A stretch of DNA of 64,000 nucleotides from NCBI GenBank assembly GCA_951406725.2, contig OX597831.1, forward strand, positions 12,834,001-12,898,000, given 5' to 3'. The notes under the pieces were generated by a model. The model did no database searches and was not told the DNA's origin. It was given only the letters and a program-made list of their open reading frames with translations. Both the position numbers and the translations under genes were made by a program. Shown here one piece after another: positions 1 through 13,722 of this stretch (position 1 is its first letter; every line of letters begins with the position of its first letter). Source of the stretch: Octopus vulgaris (taxonomy: Eukaryota).

Positions 1-1320
1 ATAATATATATTAATTAATTTTATGTATTGGCTTATGTTTTTCATTGTTTGATTTGCCTATTTGTGGTTTTATCTCTAATTTAATATAATATAATATTTT
101 ACTATAAAATTGGATTTAATCCTAAATCTGATTTTTCCCTGTAAGTTTGGATTTATTCCCTAATATTTTATTATATATATATATATATTTGTGCTTGTGT
201 GACTGTGTACAAGAGATATGGGCAGTGTATTTGTGAGTGTAAGAGTGTTTGGTGAGATTAACAGTGTGTGTGTGTGTGAGAGAGACAGTGTCTGGTGTAG
301 GTTGATAGACTACCACACATTTTGTGTCTAACAAGAGCACTCACAGGACATTAATTAGCCCAACACTACAAGAGAAGAAAATACTTGCTCAAGGTGCTAT
401 GTTGCGAGAGAGAACTCAAGACCATGTGGAAACAAGGTAAACTCTCAATCTTTGTATCTACACAGCCACATAAGTTTAATAATTCCTTGCTTATAGATTA
501 ATGAAAACTAATCTAGAACAGGATAAATATTTTGACTTTTTGTTTCTCCTTTAGTTTTCTGGCTTAATATTTTCACCCTCCACTTATACCGCGAATATTT
601 CTTTCAGATGTATGTCTTCGGCAAAATGAAATCTAACATTTAAGAAGCTTAGCTTGTAAAAAGAAATAATAAATTTCCTTAAAAATAATCTCTGTTTGTA
701 TTTGGTTTTCCTACTCAAGAAATGGCACAGATTGACTTACAGCATCTGCTGACAGTATCATTACCGTTTCAAAAGTCAAAAGAGCAACACATTAAGTTGT
801 ATTATACAACTATTTAGCTTCTGTCGCACAAGTTTGCAGGAAGAAGGAATAAGAAGTTAAAAATAAGCATTGACAAGTATTCAGAAATGTAATATAAATA
901 GTCTGAGAACAGCAATAACAACAACTACAACGATAAAAAGAATGATAATGATAATAATGACGATTGCTTTCCAACATGTCCCGCACAGTTCATCAACAAT
1001 TCGCACAATGCAAATTCTAAGCAGATACCACCCACTAATATTATACAAGTGATACAGTATTTATTCTATGCAATCATCAGCCGATGTTACAATACAAAGC
1101 ACCAATCACACAGCATGCAGGAATAAGAATCACCACCCAGAAAGTGAAAAGGAATATATATATATAGGATTAATATATATATAGGATTAATATATATATA
1201 TATGTATATATAGAAATACAAATATATATATATATGATATATATATAGGATTAATATATATATATATATATATATAGAAATACAAATATATATATATATA
1301 TAATATATATATAGGATTAA

Positions 1321-1348
1321 TCTTTATATATATAAAACTGAGAATGTG

Positions 1349-1419
<71 letters not shown>

Positions 1420-2552
1420 GTGTTTCCCTAAAACTTGAGAACTACACAACCAATTTCATTCAAATTTTACACATGCCTTACTTAGGGTCCGAGGAGTGTC
1501 ATCGGCAAAAACAATTTTGAACTTTTTGCCTAGGGTGAGCCCACAGCAATATCATATCTTGTCCACTACGATTCCCTAAAACTTGAGAACTACACAACCA
1601 ATTTCCATTCAAATTTTACACATGCCTTACTTAGGGTCCATGTAGTTTCATGGGCAAAAAAATGTTCAACTTCTTGCCTAGAACGAGCCCATAGCAATAT
1701 CATATCTTCTCCACTATTTCAGTATTACGTGTTAAAAGTGAAACAAAAACATTTCTCTATTTTATGTCAGATACTTTCACTTTAACAATAAAAATAATAA
1801 TAACAATTGAATTATATGTAGTAAGTAATAATTAAAATCAAACTAAATTAACATAACAAAAGTAAAAATAGCAATTGGTATAAAATTGCATCAATGATTT
1901 GAACTTGAATAAGTGGTTTCACATGAATGGGAATAAATTAAAAAATAAAATTAGCATGCAGAAATGGAATAGTCCAGATGGATAATAAAAAATTAAATTA
2001 AAGAAAAGATTATTGTCTATAAAGTATACAATGTAGAGAAAAAAGAAGATTTGAACACATTGAGGACAGCACCTTCGAAAAGTGTCTTGGTATGACTATG
2101 AAAGGTATCTAATCAGAGGCGGTAAATTCGCCACAATAGAAGCAAGGTTCGAGTCAATGGAGCGTGCAAGGGAGTACTCGACTTGAACTTGCAAAGTGGA
2201 AATATTTTATTTTTACTTTTATATCTGGGACGTAGGACATCCCGGAAAAACATTTAAAATGCCCCCCCCCACACACCCCGAGAAGTAGAGGTAGGCTGGA
2301 TTGTAGCACACTTCTATACAAGAGGGAGGACAAGATACAATTGATCGAAATTACAAGAGACGGGCTAACAATTCCAGTCTGTTATATATTTTGAGTATTG
2401 TTATCACTAGCGATATCAAGATATAACTTTGTATTTTGTATTTTAAGTGTAGATGTATATATATAGATGTACATGTAATATGTACACATATATATATGCA
2501 TATATACATGCACTAGCACTATGACCCGGCAACGACGGGTCTTTAATGCTAG
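1321..2552 (+). mobile_element. Non-autonomous Helitron, complete ends
   Basis: Begins with TC after host A and ends with CTAG before host T. Subterminal hairpin GACCCG-gcaacga-CGGGTC lies 7 nt before CTAG. Has a 5' (TGTC)n tract and an internal ~148-bp tandem duplication (about 1426-1570 and 1574-1716). Confidence 0.9.
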
Positions 2553-2666
2553 TATATATATATATATATATATATAAATACAAATATATATAAATATAAT
2601 ATATAAATATTATATAAATATAATATATGATTTAGATGTATTTCTCCATTTTCTTATTTTGTATAA

Positions 2667-2712
<46 letters not shown>

Positions 2713-3332
2713 TTAATATTCCCTCATATAATTATTATATGTATATATATATATAATACAAATAATGCAGCGTATATGTTCTAAATAATAACCACCTGAC
2801 ACTAAAATATCTAACAGCAACCACCAACAGAGCACCTACTTTACACAATAACCAGCCTGACACTAAAAACATGTAGTACCAAACGCATGCCACATGTGAA
2901 ATACAATCACCTCAAAGCAGAAAATAACATGAGTTACATTGCATGTACTTTACACAGCAAACAGGCAAAACAGTAAAATAACACCAGAGACAACAAAATA
3001 AAAACCAGCATCAAAGTGAGACAGATTTAACCATTCCGCATTCTCAAAAGACAATGCAGTTATACACACCTTGGTAACATGCAGGTGAAGTTAGTAAAAA
3101 CTCACATGAAATTTGATAATAATGATTTCAAATTTTGGCACAAGGCCAGTAATTCAAAGGAAAGGGGTCAGTCAATTATATTGACCCCAGTATTGGAAGG
3201 GGTACTTATTTTATTGACCCTGAAATGATGAAACGCAAGGGTGCCCTTGAATAATAATATTAGTAGTAGTAGTAATAATAATAATAATAATGATGATAAT
3301 AATAATAATAATAATATAATAATAATAATAAT

Positions 3333-3550
3333 AGCTTTTATAGTTTTGTTAGTATGTACGGGGAAGTCCCATAGAATCGACACATTTTCTCCCTCAATCA
3401 CAGCTTCAGGATGGTGTTTATACCATTTGTCAGCAGTTTTGATTTTATAATGCCAACATATTGTCCAGTGTAAATACTGGCCAACTCTGTCATGCCTTGC
3501 TTTATATTCTACAGGTGCTAAGACTCTACACCCTGAGATTAGGTGGTCTA
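3333..3550 (-). mobile_element. R4/Dong-clade non-LTR retrotransposon fragment (zinc-knuckle to pre-RLE region)
   Basis: Translates DHLISGCRVLAPVEYKARHDRVGQYLHWTIC...WYKHHPEAVIEGENVSILWDFPVHT. The HxxSGC, RHD and ILWDF motifs are typical of RLE-type elements. Flanked by (AAT)n on both sides. Confidence 0.85.
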
Positions 3551-3622
3551 TAATAATAATAATAATAACAATAGTAATAATAATAATAATAATAACAATG
3601 ATAATAATAATAATAATAATAA

Positions 3623-4597
3623 AGTTGAGCATGCCCCTTAGTAGCTGACGATATGTGCATCTCTGATCAAGAGCAGAAGTAGTGGGGGAGCATCATAGCC
3701 ATGTGTTGAGAGGGATTCTTTGGGGTTTGAATAATTCACCTCTGAAACATGGGTGGTTCTTTCAACATCCTTAAACAACCCTTATTCAGGGACCGTTTGA
3801 GCGGGATGGGCTACTCAACCTTAAGAAAATTCTAACTGGGGCCCACCTGCAAGGTCATGTGCTGTTTATTTTGATATGAGATCACCATGTCAAGCACTTA
3901 CAATTGAGATGCATGTGCTTAGTGTACCCTTATCTGACGGGTAATCATGATGGGTATACTAGGCTTTGTATATTTTACCCCATTGTCACTCTGATGGCAT
4001 GCACTGCTCTCTCAATAATAATAATAATAATAATAATAAATGCCCTGATGCAGTACCAGGCAGTGGCTCTCATGACTTCTGATCTTAACTGATTGGAAGT
4101 GTAATCATTTACATTGTTTTGTCTTGGTATAAAAGATGGGCTACAGCAAATATTCTGCTCAATACCACAGATTTGCTTGTCAGGTCCTTGACATTAACCA
4201 GTTGAGCATGTCACTTAGTGGCTGACGATATGTGCATCTCTGATCACAAGCAGAAGTAGTGGGGGAGCTTCATAACCATGTGCTGAGAGGAATTCTGTGG
4301 GTTTTGGATAATTCACCTCTGGAAACATGGGTTTTTCATTCCACATCCTTGAATAACTCTTATTCAGGAACCTTTTGAATGGGATATGCTACTCGACCTT
4401 AAGAAAATTCTAACTGGGGCCCACCTGCAAGGTCATGTGCTGTTTATTTTGATATGAGATCACCATGTCAAGCACTTACAATTGAGATGCATGTGCTTAG
4501 TGTACCCTTATCTGACGGGTAATCATGATGGGTATACTAGGCTTTGTATATTTTACCCCATTGTCACTCTGATGGCATGCACTGCTCTTGCACTCAA
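3623..4597. repeat. Two tandem copies of a ~560-bp interspersed repeat bounded by (AAT)n; first copy truncated
   Basis: 3623-4013 aligns with 4201-4597. A third degenerate fragment lies at about 5175-5320. Confidence 0.85.
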
Positions 4598-4729
4598 TTA
4601 TAATAATAATGTGCTAGAGTCACACTGAGAAAAGGCAAATTATTCAGCACTGAAAACACAGAAATTAGAGAATTAGACCACGACCACCCAAACAAATATC
4701 CAGGAAGGAAAGAAACAGTTCAAATACAA

Positions 4730-4960
4730 CACACAGAAATGAAAGAAAAAAATTAGGAGAGAGTTTTACAGAAGAGTTAGACTAATATTAAACAGTGAAC
4801 TTAATGCTAAAGATAAGATAATAGGAATAAACACGCTAGCCATAAATTACAGCTTTAACATAATAAACAGGAGGATCAGTGAATTGAGAAACCTAGATAG
4901 AAAAACCAGGAGCTAACAGCATACTGAAGTCACCACCCCAAAGCAGACACAGACATAATA
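4730..4960 (+). mobile_element. R4/Dong-clade fragment (region just after RT), frameshifted
   Basis: Pieces translate as YRRVRLILNSELNAKDKIIGINTLA, ELRNLDRKTR and HHPKADTD, matching the conserved KSELNAKNK..LDRKTRK..HHPKAD pattern. Confidence 0.8.
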
Positions 4961-4965
4961 TATAT

Positions 4966-5130
4966 GAGGTGGTGAGCTGGCAGAAACGTTAGTGCACCGT
5001 GGGAAATGCTTAGCGGCATTTCACCTGCCGCCGAGGTCGACTTTGCCTTTTATCCTTTCAGGGACTGAAAAAAATGCCACTAAGCATTTTGCCCGGCGTG
5101 CTAACGATTCTGCCAGCTCGCTGCCTTAAT
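4966..5130. mobile_element. Inverted pair of S2 SINE heads
   Basis: GGTGAGCTGGCAGAAACGTTAG on the left and its reverse complement CTAACGATTCTGCCAGCTCGC on the right. Confidence 0.8.
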
Positions 5131-6409
5131 AATAAAAATAACAATAATGATCCTTTCTAATGTTTTTTTTTGTTAATCTTGATATGAAGTCACCATGTCA
5201 TGCACATAGAGTTGGAGTGCATATTCTGGGTGTCTCCTTATCAGATGGGTAGGCATGATGGATATATTGAGCGTCATATGTTAGTACCCTTCTGGCATGT
5301 GCTGCTCTCTCACTCAACAATAATAATGATGGTCATTCCTACCGATTTTGATAAATGAGCATATGAAGAAAGGATGAAAAAAACAAAGAAGCAAGCAAAG
5401 GATTAAGGAAGCTGCATGTATTTGTGATTGGCACATGAATGTAATTTGGGTCCAAGTATAGATTTTGCAACAGGAACAATGGGATTTTGCGTTGGACTGG
5501 TCTCTTCTTTAGTCCCAAGGCCAGCAATTTAGGGAAGAAGAGATTAGTAAATATCGGCAGAGGCCAAGGACAAAAGAATAAATCTGCAAAGAAATACCTT
5601 CACATCAACACCAAATCTGTAATGGAACAATGGAAGCGGCTATATAGTCACTTAACCTGCTAGAAATAGCAGCCAACCAAACCTTCCCAACATTATAACC
5701 ATTACAACATCTTGAAAAGGGAGGAACACTTTAAATAGTCATGGATATCAATTATTACCAATGGAAGCACGTTAATACAAAAAAATAATAATAATAATCT
5801 TTATATCCAATTTAAATTGGATGCCTTATAAGAACAGCAAATACTGTGATATTAGGCTTGAGGGATCCCCTCATTTAAGCACTTGGTGCATAAAAGCACC
5901 CATATATATCATAGCAGTTGAAATGTGTTTGTCATAGGGAGTGAAATTCCCATAACGTGTGATTCCAGTCTACTGGAACCCTCGGTAGGAAGCACCAGTC
6001 ACCTCATGTCAGTCAGATCTCACTGCTATGATGTATAGTATTTCAGCATCTTTTCAGATGCTGATGTCGCAAATAGCCAGCAGGCTTATTAATAATTAAT
6101 TACTAGTGATAGAAGCAGTATTAATACGAAAAGATAATCTTTATATTCAGCTTAACATGGGTGCTTGCCTTGACACAAAGAAGAAATGTTCAAGGTTTGA
6201 ATAGTCTTGACCATAGCTTTATTCAATCAAAGACGAAGCAACAATAGAACAGAGATCACATGCTTGGTGGTCACATGGTATTGATAAAAATTAATTACAG
6301 AGAGTGTTGCCAGGCGAAAACTCCGAATACAGCCAGTGTGGCCATCCATTGAGCAGATTTGCTGAAAACTGATAATTAAATAGTCACACACTGAGAAGTG
6401 AGGAGAATA

Positions 6410-6580
6410 AAAACAAGACAAAGAACACTCAGAGAGTTGCAAACCTCTGCCAAGGCAACACCAGCGCCCTCTCAACGATTAGGCAGAGACGATTTTTAAA
6501 ATGAGAATATCTGAAATAAACTTGACTGCCCTCACAAATGAGAATACCAAAAATGAACCCGACTGCTCTCAAAAATTAAA
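6410..6580 (-). mobile_element. 3' part of a Helentron-like non-autonomous element (same family as 14522-14898)
   Basis: Reverse complement aligns with about 14735-14898. Confidence 0.75.
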
Positions 6581-7409
6581 TTCAATCTTTCAGTTATGTT
6601 TGCCTTGAAAGAATGGAAATAATACAAAGCAGCAAGAGCTTTTTGGTGATGCAGGTGACAATGTAACCCTTATAATGCTGGTGCCATAATAAAATGCACC
6701 TGGGAGATAGAGCAGAAAAGACACATTAAGTCCTGTTGAGGACAAGACAACAATTTCTGGTGTTGGTGCCTTGGTTAGATGTATCAATACATTCTATGAA
6801 TTGGTTGGAGATAGGAAGGACATTGAGCTGTTGAAGCTAATTCAAAATAAAACAAACAAGTGGTGTAGGCTTCCAACTCATCCATGTGAGCAATTGCTCC
6901 AAACAAAGATTGACTTGAACTGTGACAACCTATTCAACCTACATCAGTACAGAAAGCTGATGTAGAATGATGATGATGACATTTGATATAATAATCATAA
7001 GACCATTTTGGTAATAAATAAATATGTTACTGGGTGGAGCAGGGTTCACTTAATTTGAAGTGTTTACTGATTAATTTCTGTAATACAGGAAAGCCTGGTC
7101 CATTACTAGTTTTCTTCAGATCTCTCATTATTGCTGGTTTCATTTATAATAGCACCATTTTCCTCAAAGATTACTCTAAAGAAAAATTATCCCATATTAA
7201 ATATTAGCAATGTGTTTTTCTGCCATTTCCTTGCCCCAAAATAATGTTACACATTCTATGCCCACCGTGACCCTTTACCACTGCTGTTTTATCTCTCTTT
7301 CCAGCTCCACCCTGGTTACTTATATCCCTTTTTCTATAATGGAAGTAGCCATGTGACTCCTATAGCAAGAAACATGTTCTGTTCTGGCCCCTTCTTTCAT
7401 ACTTTAGCC

Positions 7410-7617
7410 TAGGGGTCAACAAACTTTTTTAACCAATTACCCCAAAGTATAATTATTTACACCACATTACCCCCTTGATCTGAATGGAAGAAAATCATAG
7501 ATAACAGGGAACACGTTTTTTTATATAATTTTACATATGCCTAATGTGCCCTCAGTAACCCCAAGAATTTCCTTTTTAACCCACTTAGGGTAATTTACCC
7601 TGGTTCACTGGCCCATG
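7410..7617. mobile_element. hAT (Charlie-like) MITE
   Basis: Perfect 8-bp target duplication CTTTAGCC at 7402-7409 and 7618-7625. Degenerate TIRs TAGGGGTCAACAAAC and (reverse complement) CATGGGCCAGTGAAC. Confidence 0.8.
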
Positions 7618-9047
7618 CTTTAGCCCCTCATCTCCCAGCATAAAACCCTCTTTTTCATTACTGTCTTCTAAGATCCAGGCAATTTTAGTCTTGTGACATG
7701 CATGATGACCTCACTAATGTTGGTCCTATCTAAAAAGAACCCAGTACAGTTTGTAAAGTATAGCATGCAACAGCAGCCACCATGCCAAAGCAGACATTGA
7801 TACACGGTGTGGTCCTTGAACCCATCAGGTCCCATCAATTCATCTAAACCATACCGGCATGGAATATGGATGTAGAAGGTAGTGGTGATGATGATGATGG
7901 TGTGTTTCTTTCAAAAGGTAGCGATCATGCCTTCAGGCTCTTTTAGGAAACACTATGGTTAATATTGTCATAAATGATATGTGGAAATTAAAAGACAGAA
8001 GCCAAAGAAAGAAGGATTGGCCCGAATCAGAAACATTTATACAGGAAAAGGTACCTGGCTGATTAATTTTATTTGTCAGAGAGAAAAGGTATTTGAAATT
8101 TCAAGAGTGACCATTTGTTTCAGAAGGAAACTTTTTTTTTCAATCTACTGAAAAATTTTCTTTCCTCTCCTCCCAGATTCAACTCAATTTTAAATCTTTT
8201 GTGACCACATTTCTGTTGAAATATACTGCCATTGCCTCAATTAATTTAGAAAACAATGAAGAGTTAATTGAAATAATTTTCTCATTATTAAGCTGGTGTT
8301 TTGGATAAAAATAAACATCAAATTACAATGCAAGGTTTTAATTCAGACCTCTTTAAAGCAGGAAATTAGTATTTTAGAACCAAAGGCGCTTCTGGATGGG
8401 TGGGTATCAAAATGTCCCACCCACCCTCACCCTGGCATACGAGCTCATTGAAACTCATGAACTTAAATGGAATATGTTTTCAAAACTTTACAAAGAAGTC
8501 AACAAAGATAAGCCAAGAATTTTTCAAGGATATTTTTTTTAAACTGAAAATAAATGTTTTGTCTGTGGAAGTACAGGAAATATTTCTAAAGAGAAAAAGA
8601 AAAAATTACTATCTAAACATAGCCAGGAGTGAATATTTGGTTTGTATAGATGAAAAAGAAAAAAACAAAAAATAACAAAAACTGGAGGAGTACTATAGTT
8701 TGCTACAAGAATTGCAGAATTGACTATTAACTAAAGACAGACATAAGGTAAGATAGAAACAGCTGCTTATAAATGAGAATAAGCTGGTGTTTTCTGAGAG
8801 CGAAACATCTTAATTTGGCAACATGCTTGTGGCAGTGAAAGAGCACTGTTAGCTGAAGAGGTTTTTGTATGACGCCTTAACAACAAAATTAAAAAATCAT
8901 TTTAAATATTCTAGAAAAATTTAATATAATATTTATATGATTCCATAGTAATTACATTTCTAAGTATAAATGTAAAACATGGGGAAGAATAATTAAAAAT
9001 TGAAATGGAAGCATTTTATCAAAAGTAAGAATAACAGGATGTAATTC

Positions 9048-9420
9048 ATGGCACTTTGGACAAGTGTCTTCTACGAAAGCCTTGGGTTGACCAAAGCCTT
9101 GTGAGTGGATTTGGTACACGGAAACTGAAAGAAGCCCATCATATGTGTGTGTATGTGTGTGTGTTTGTGTGTGTGTATGTGTGTGTGTGTATGTGTGTGT
9201 TTGTGTGTGTGTGTGTGTGTTTGTCCTCCACCACCACTTGACAACTGGCGTTGGTGTGTCTACATCCCCATAACTTAGCAGTTTGGCAAAAAAGACTGCC
9301 AGAATAAGTACCAGGCTCTGAAAAAAGGAAAACAAGCATTGGGATCAACTCACTCAAGTAAAATTTTTGAAGGTGGTGCTCCAGCATGGCCGTAGTCTAA
9401 TGCCTGAAACAAGTAAAAGG
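9048..9420 (+). mobile_element. S1 SINE, 5'-truncated
   Basis: Colinear with the reference copy at 62905-63340, including the internal (TG)n and the GAAACAAGTAAAAG tail. Confidence 0.85.
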
Positions 9421-10630
9421 TAATAGATGTTTTTGTTTCATTCAAAATGAGTTCCCTCTCTTTAAAGGAACAATAACCATCAGATCATCCTTAACCCTTC
9501 TCTTTCTCTCAAATCCACTCCCACTGAGCTGAGAGGCTTATCCCTTCTTTTATTTGTATTGCAAATTACACGGTGACCCCACAAGTGCTGGGACCACGAA
9601 GACACACCCAGTACATTTGGCATTGTGAAGGGCATCTGGCTGTAGAAACCATACCAAAACCAGCATTGGAGCCAGACACAACCCTGCAGTTTGTCAGATC
9701 ATGCCAAATCCTCCATCCTGAGTCAGCATAGGAACTGGACGTAAATGATGATGACGATGATGATGATATGCAAACCGGAACAGGTGCTTATAGCTGAAGC
9801 TAAGCTGGAGTCTTCTACAATGGAAACACTTCAATTTGCTAATAATCATGAAAATATTTATGAGGACCAAAACAGAGAAATAAAGTTGCTTTTAAATGAA
9901 TTCCACAGCAACAAGGCGAAAACAAACATTTCAAGGATCCTTGGAAAATCTAATGAAATATTTTTAAAGCTTCTATATTAGGTTAGTTTATGAGAATGAA
10001 ATGTTAAATATGAGAAGAAAGAATTAAGAGAAGTGGAAATTTAGGTAGAGTATGAATAAATTATTAATAAATTTCTGTGCATACAATTGCTAAACATATA
10101 AACAGACCCAGCGTTTAAAGACAGGACTCTCTGCAGAACAGATTAAAGAACAACTTGAGTAGTTTCGCCTGGTCATTGCCAGTTTATCAGGAATGTTTAG
10201 TTCACATGTACTAGGGAGAGAGGGGAGGTGGAGAAAGGGAGATATATGGGAGAGGGAGAGAGAGAAGGAGAGAGAGATGGCTTACAAATACATATGATAG
10301 TCAACAGGTACTGCTGTCACTCTTATACAGATCAGTACAGGTATTTTCATGTGAGACAGACCCCAGTGTCATGACAGTGCCTCTCAACAACTCTATCAGG
10401 AATAAAGGGCTGGAAGAGGGAAGACAAAAAGGATGGCAGATACGGCTTGGCACCAGTGACATCGCAACTCATTTCTACAGCTGAGGGAACTGGAGTTGTG
10501 TGAGAAATGTAAAATGTCTTGCTGAAGAACACAACAAGCAGCCCAGTCTGGGATTGAACTCACTACCTGTGTGAGCCCAATGCTATAACAACTGAGCCAT
10601 GTGCCTTCACACATAATATATATATATATA

Positions 10631-10860
10631 CCTATTTCTTTACTGCCCACAAGGGGCTAAACACAGAGGGGACAAACAAGGACAGACAAATAGATTAAGT
10701 CGATTACATCGACCCCAGTGCGTAACTGGTACTTAATTTATCGACCCCGAAAGGATGAAAGGCAAAGTCGACCTCGGCGGAATTTGAACTCAGAACATAA
10801 CGGCAGACGATATACGGCTACGCATTTCACCCGGTGTGCTAACAGTTCTGCCAGTTCGCC
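10631..10860 (-). mobile_element. S2 SINE (tRNA-like head, MetaSINE-like core)
   Basis: Reverse complement of the copy at 15756-15986. Confidence 0.9.
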
Positions 10861-11533
10861 TATATATATATACACCATAGACTATCTTGTCGTTAGACGG
10901 CATATGAGGGTTTGGAAAATTGTTGCCAAACAAGCAAACAGATGATTTGTTTACAGTGATCAGATGCTTGTGTTCACATAAGCTCATTCTCTTTCCATCA
11001 AATCAATGTTACCTGTACAGGTGCACCATGTGCCACATATTGGATGACGAAATGATCGCAAAGCAATGTGCAATAAAGTGCTTTCCTCAAGAACACAACC
11101 ACAATGCAAGTCCTGGTCTGGGAATCGAACCCAAGAGCTCACAACTGTGAGTGCAACACCCTAACCACTAAGCCATATACTATATATATTTATATATATA
11201 TATATATATATATAACATATGTAACATATGTATGTATCATCATCATTTAATGTCTGCTTGCCGTGATGGCATGGGTTTGACAGTTTGGCTGAGGAGTGAT
11301 CTGGTATGGTTTCTATACCTGGATGCCCTTTCTAATGCCAACCACTCCGAGAGTGTAGTGGGTGCTTTTTACGTGGCTCCAGCATGGGGATATATATATA
11401 TATTTATATAAATATATATATACACATACATATTTATAGTTATTTAGCACAAAGTATATGTAGGTAAGTGCATGAATACATATATATATATTTATCTGTA
11501 AGTGTGAGTGTGTGTGTGTGTATAGTGAGAAAC

Positions 11534-11568
<35 letters not shown>

Positions 11569-11570
11569 GG

Positions 11571-11604
<34 letters not shown>

Positions 11605-12909
11605 GATGTATGTAATGTCAACTTTACATTAATGGTTTCTTTAATGGTGTCTCATCAATCTAAAACTCTCACCACTTGCCCCGGGCCCACACATCGATGT
11701 GGCTTTCATGAAAATTCTTGGCAACAAAACAAAACAGACATTTCAAGGCGTCATGAAATTCTAACATAATATTTTAAAAGATTCTATATAAAGTTTATTT
11801 ATGAGAAGAAACTGTGAAACAAGAGAAAGCTTTATATATGATATGAATAAATTAAGAATAAATTTACATATATTTAAAAAAACACACGAATAGAGCCAGA
11901 AATAAACAACAGGATCCTCTTAATACAGTTCAACTGGTTTCAGCTGGTCAATGCAGCTCTTCTATAGCCCTAGTGATGGAGGTGAGGCAAACAGACACAC
12001 ACAAACACATACATATATGTATATACACACACACACACACAGACATGTACACACACCCTTACATACTGTCCCCCCACCATCGCTTGACAACCAATGGTGG
12101 TGTGTTTACATCCCTGTAACTTAGCAGTTTGGCAAAAGAGACCGATAGAATAAGTACTAGGTTTACAAAGAATAAGTCCTGGGGTCGATTTGATAAACTA
12201 AAGGCGGTGCTCCAGCATGGCCGCAGTCAAATGACTGAAACAAGTAAAAGAGAAAGAGAAAAGAAAAGAGAATAAGATGGGCTTCTTTCAGTTTCTGCCA
12301 ACCAGATCTACTCACAAGGCTTCAATTGGCCCGAGGCTATAATAGAAGACACTTGCCAAAGATGCCATGCAGTGGGAATGAACCGGGAACCATGTGATTG
12401 GGAAGCAAGCTTCTAATCACACAGCCACACCCTACATCTATTTTTGTCTTAATGCACACAGTATAAAGAAACAAGTTACTAATAGTTTCTTACTTGGAAA
12501 CACAGGTCTGAGCAGGTTTTTATAACACACCTTGTGTCTCCAAGCAATCTACGGGTTCTGAGCACATGGTCTATTCAATTTACAAACCAGGAAACAAGTA
12601 CAAGAGTAATCACAAGAAAATAACAAGAAGGTAGATGCAAAAAGTGGCAAGGGATTTTTCTACATGATTTCTCTTGCACCAGAGTCCTGATTTGCAGATT
12701 GAAAAAACCATGTGCTCAGAACCTGAAGACTGCATTTGTAGCTCTTATATTTATATAGTGTTCATTAAATGACATTACACTCTCACTAAATGAAATAGTT
12801 TATTTCTTTTTGTTTATCTCCCCTTAACAGTGCTCCAGCATGGCTGCAGTCAAATGACTGAAACAAGTAACAGAGCAAAGATGGAACAATGATTTTCTTT
12901 TTGATCCTG

Positions 12910-13052
12910 TGGTAAGAAACTTGCTTTCCAACCCCATGGTTCTGGGTTCAATCCCACTCTGTGGCACCTTGGGCAACTGTCTTCTACTATAGCCTTGGAC
13001 TGACCAAAGCCTTGTGATTGGATTTGGTAGACACAAACTGAAAGAAGCCCAT

Positions 13053-13119
<67 letters not shown>

Positions 13120-13330
13120 TACGTTTGTGTCTGAGTTTGTCTCTCCACCATTGCTTGATAACTGATGTTGGTATGTTTACATCTTCATAACTTAGCGGTT
13201 CAGCAAAAAGGGTCAATAGAATAATTACTAGACTTTACAAAGAATAAGTCCTGGGGTCAATTTGTTCGACTAAAAGCAGTGCTCCAGCATGGCCACAGTC
13301 AAATGACTGACACAGAAATAAAAGAGTATA
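12910..13330 (+). mobile_element. S1 SINE
   Basis: Head, internal (TA)n, body and tail are colinear with 62905-63340. Confidence 0.85.
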
Positions 13331-13356
13331 TATTTTGGTTCATCCAAGATTAATTG

Positions 13357-13722
13357 CAACCCTTTATGGTGCTGCGTATTTGAGACGACCCCTGTCTCTA
13401 TGATACTAACTTCCTGTTCAAAATGATTGAAATTAAAACCCTCCAAGAAAAGTTTTTGCTAATTTACGTAACAAGTTTAATGACAAATTATTTTATTATA
13501 GTATTATTTATTAATTCAAACAAAATGCCATGTATTTGAAGAGAAATATGAAAACAAAAGGGTTAAAATGACCTAAATTAAAACCTTCAATGAAAATTCC
13601 ATGTTAGTTCAGGTTCCAAACACCAGCTTAAAAAGGAAGTTATTTTACTAAATTATTATTTTTTAAATTAATTTAAACAAGAGCAGCGTGTTTCATTTGA
13701 AATATGATCGTAAAAGAGTTAA
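13357..13722. mobile_element. TTAA-type (piggyBac-like) MITE with duplicated right part; related inverted copy at about 8185-8410
   Basis: Two similar segments end AAAGGGTTAA (13566) and AAGAGTTAA (13721). Confidence 0.5.

Noticed and set aside
10150-10195. Minus-strand CTGATAA-A-CTGG..CCAG-GC-GAAAC motif
   Set aside because: G8 is lost without compensation and stems I and III do not pair. It is at most a relic.
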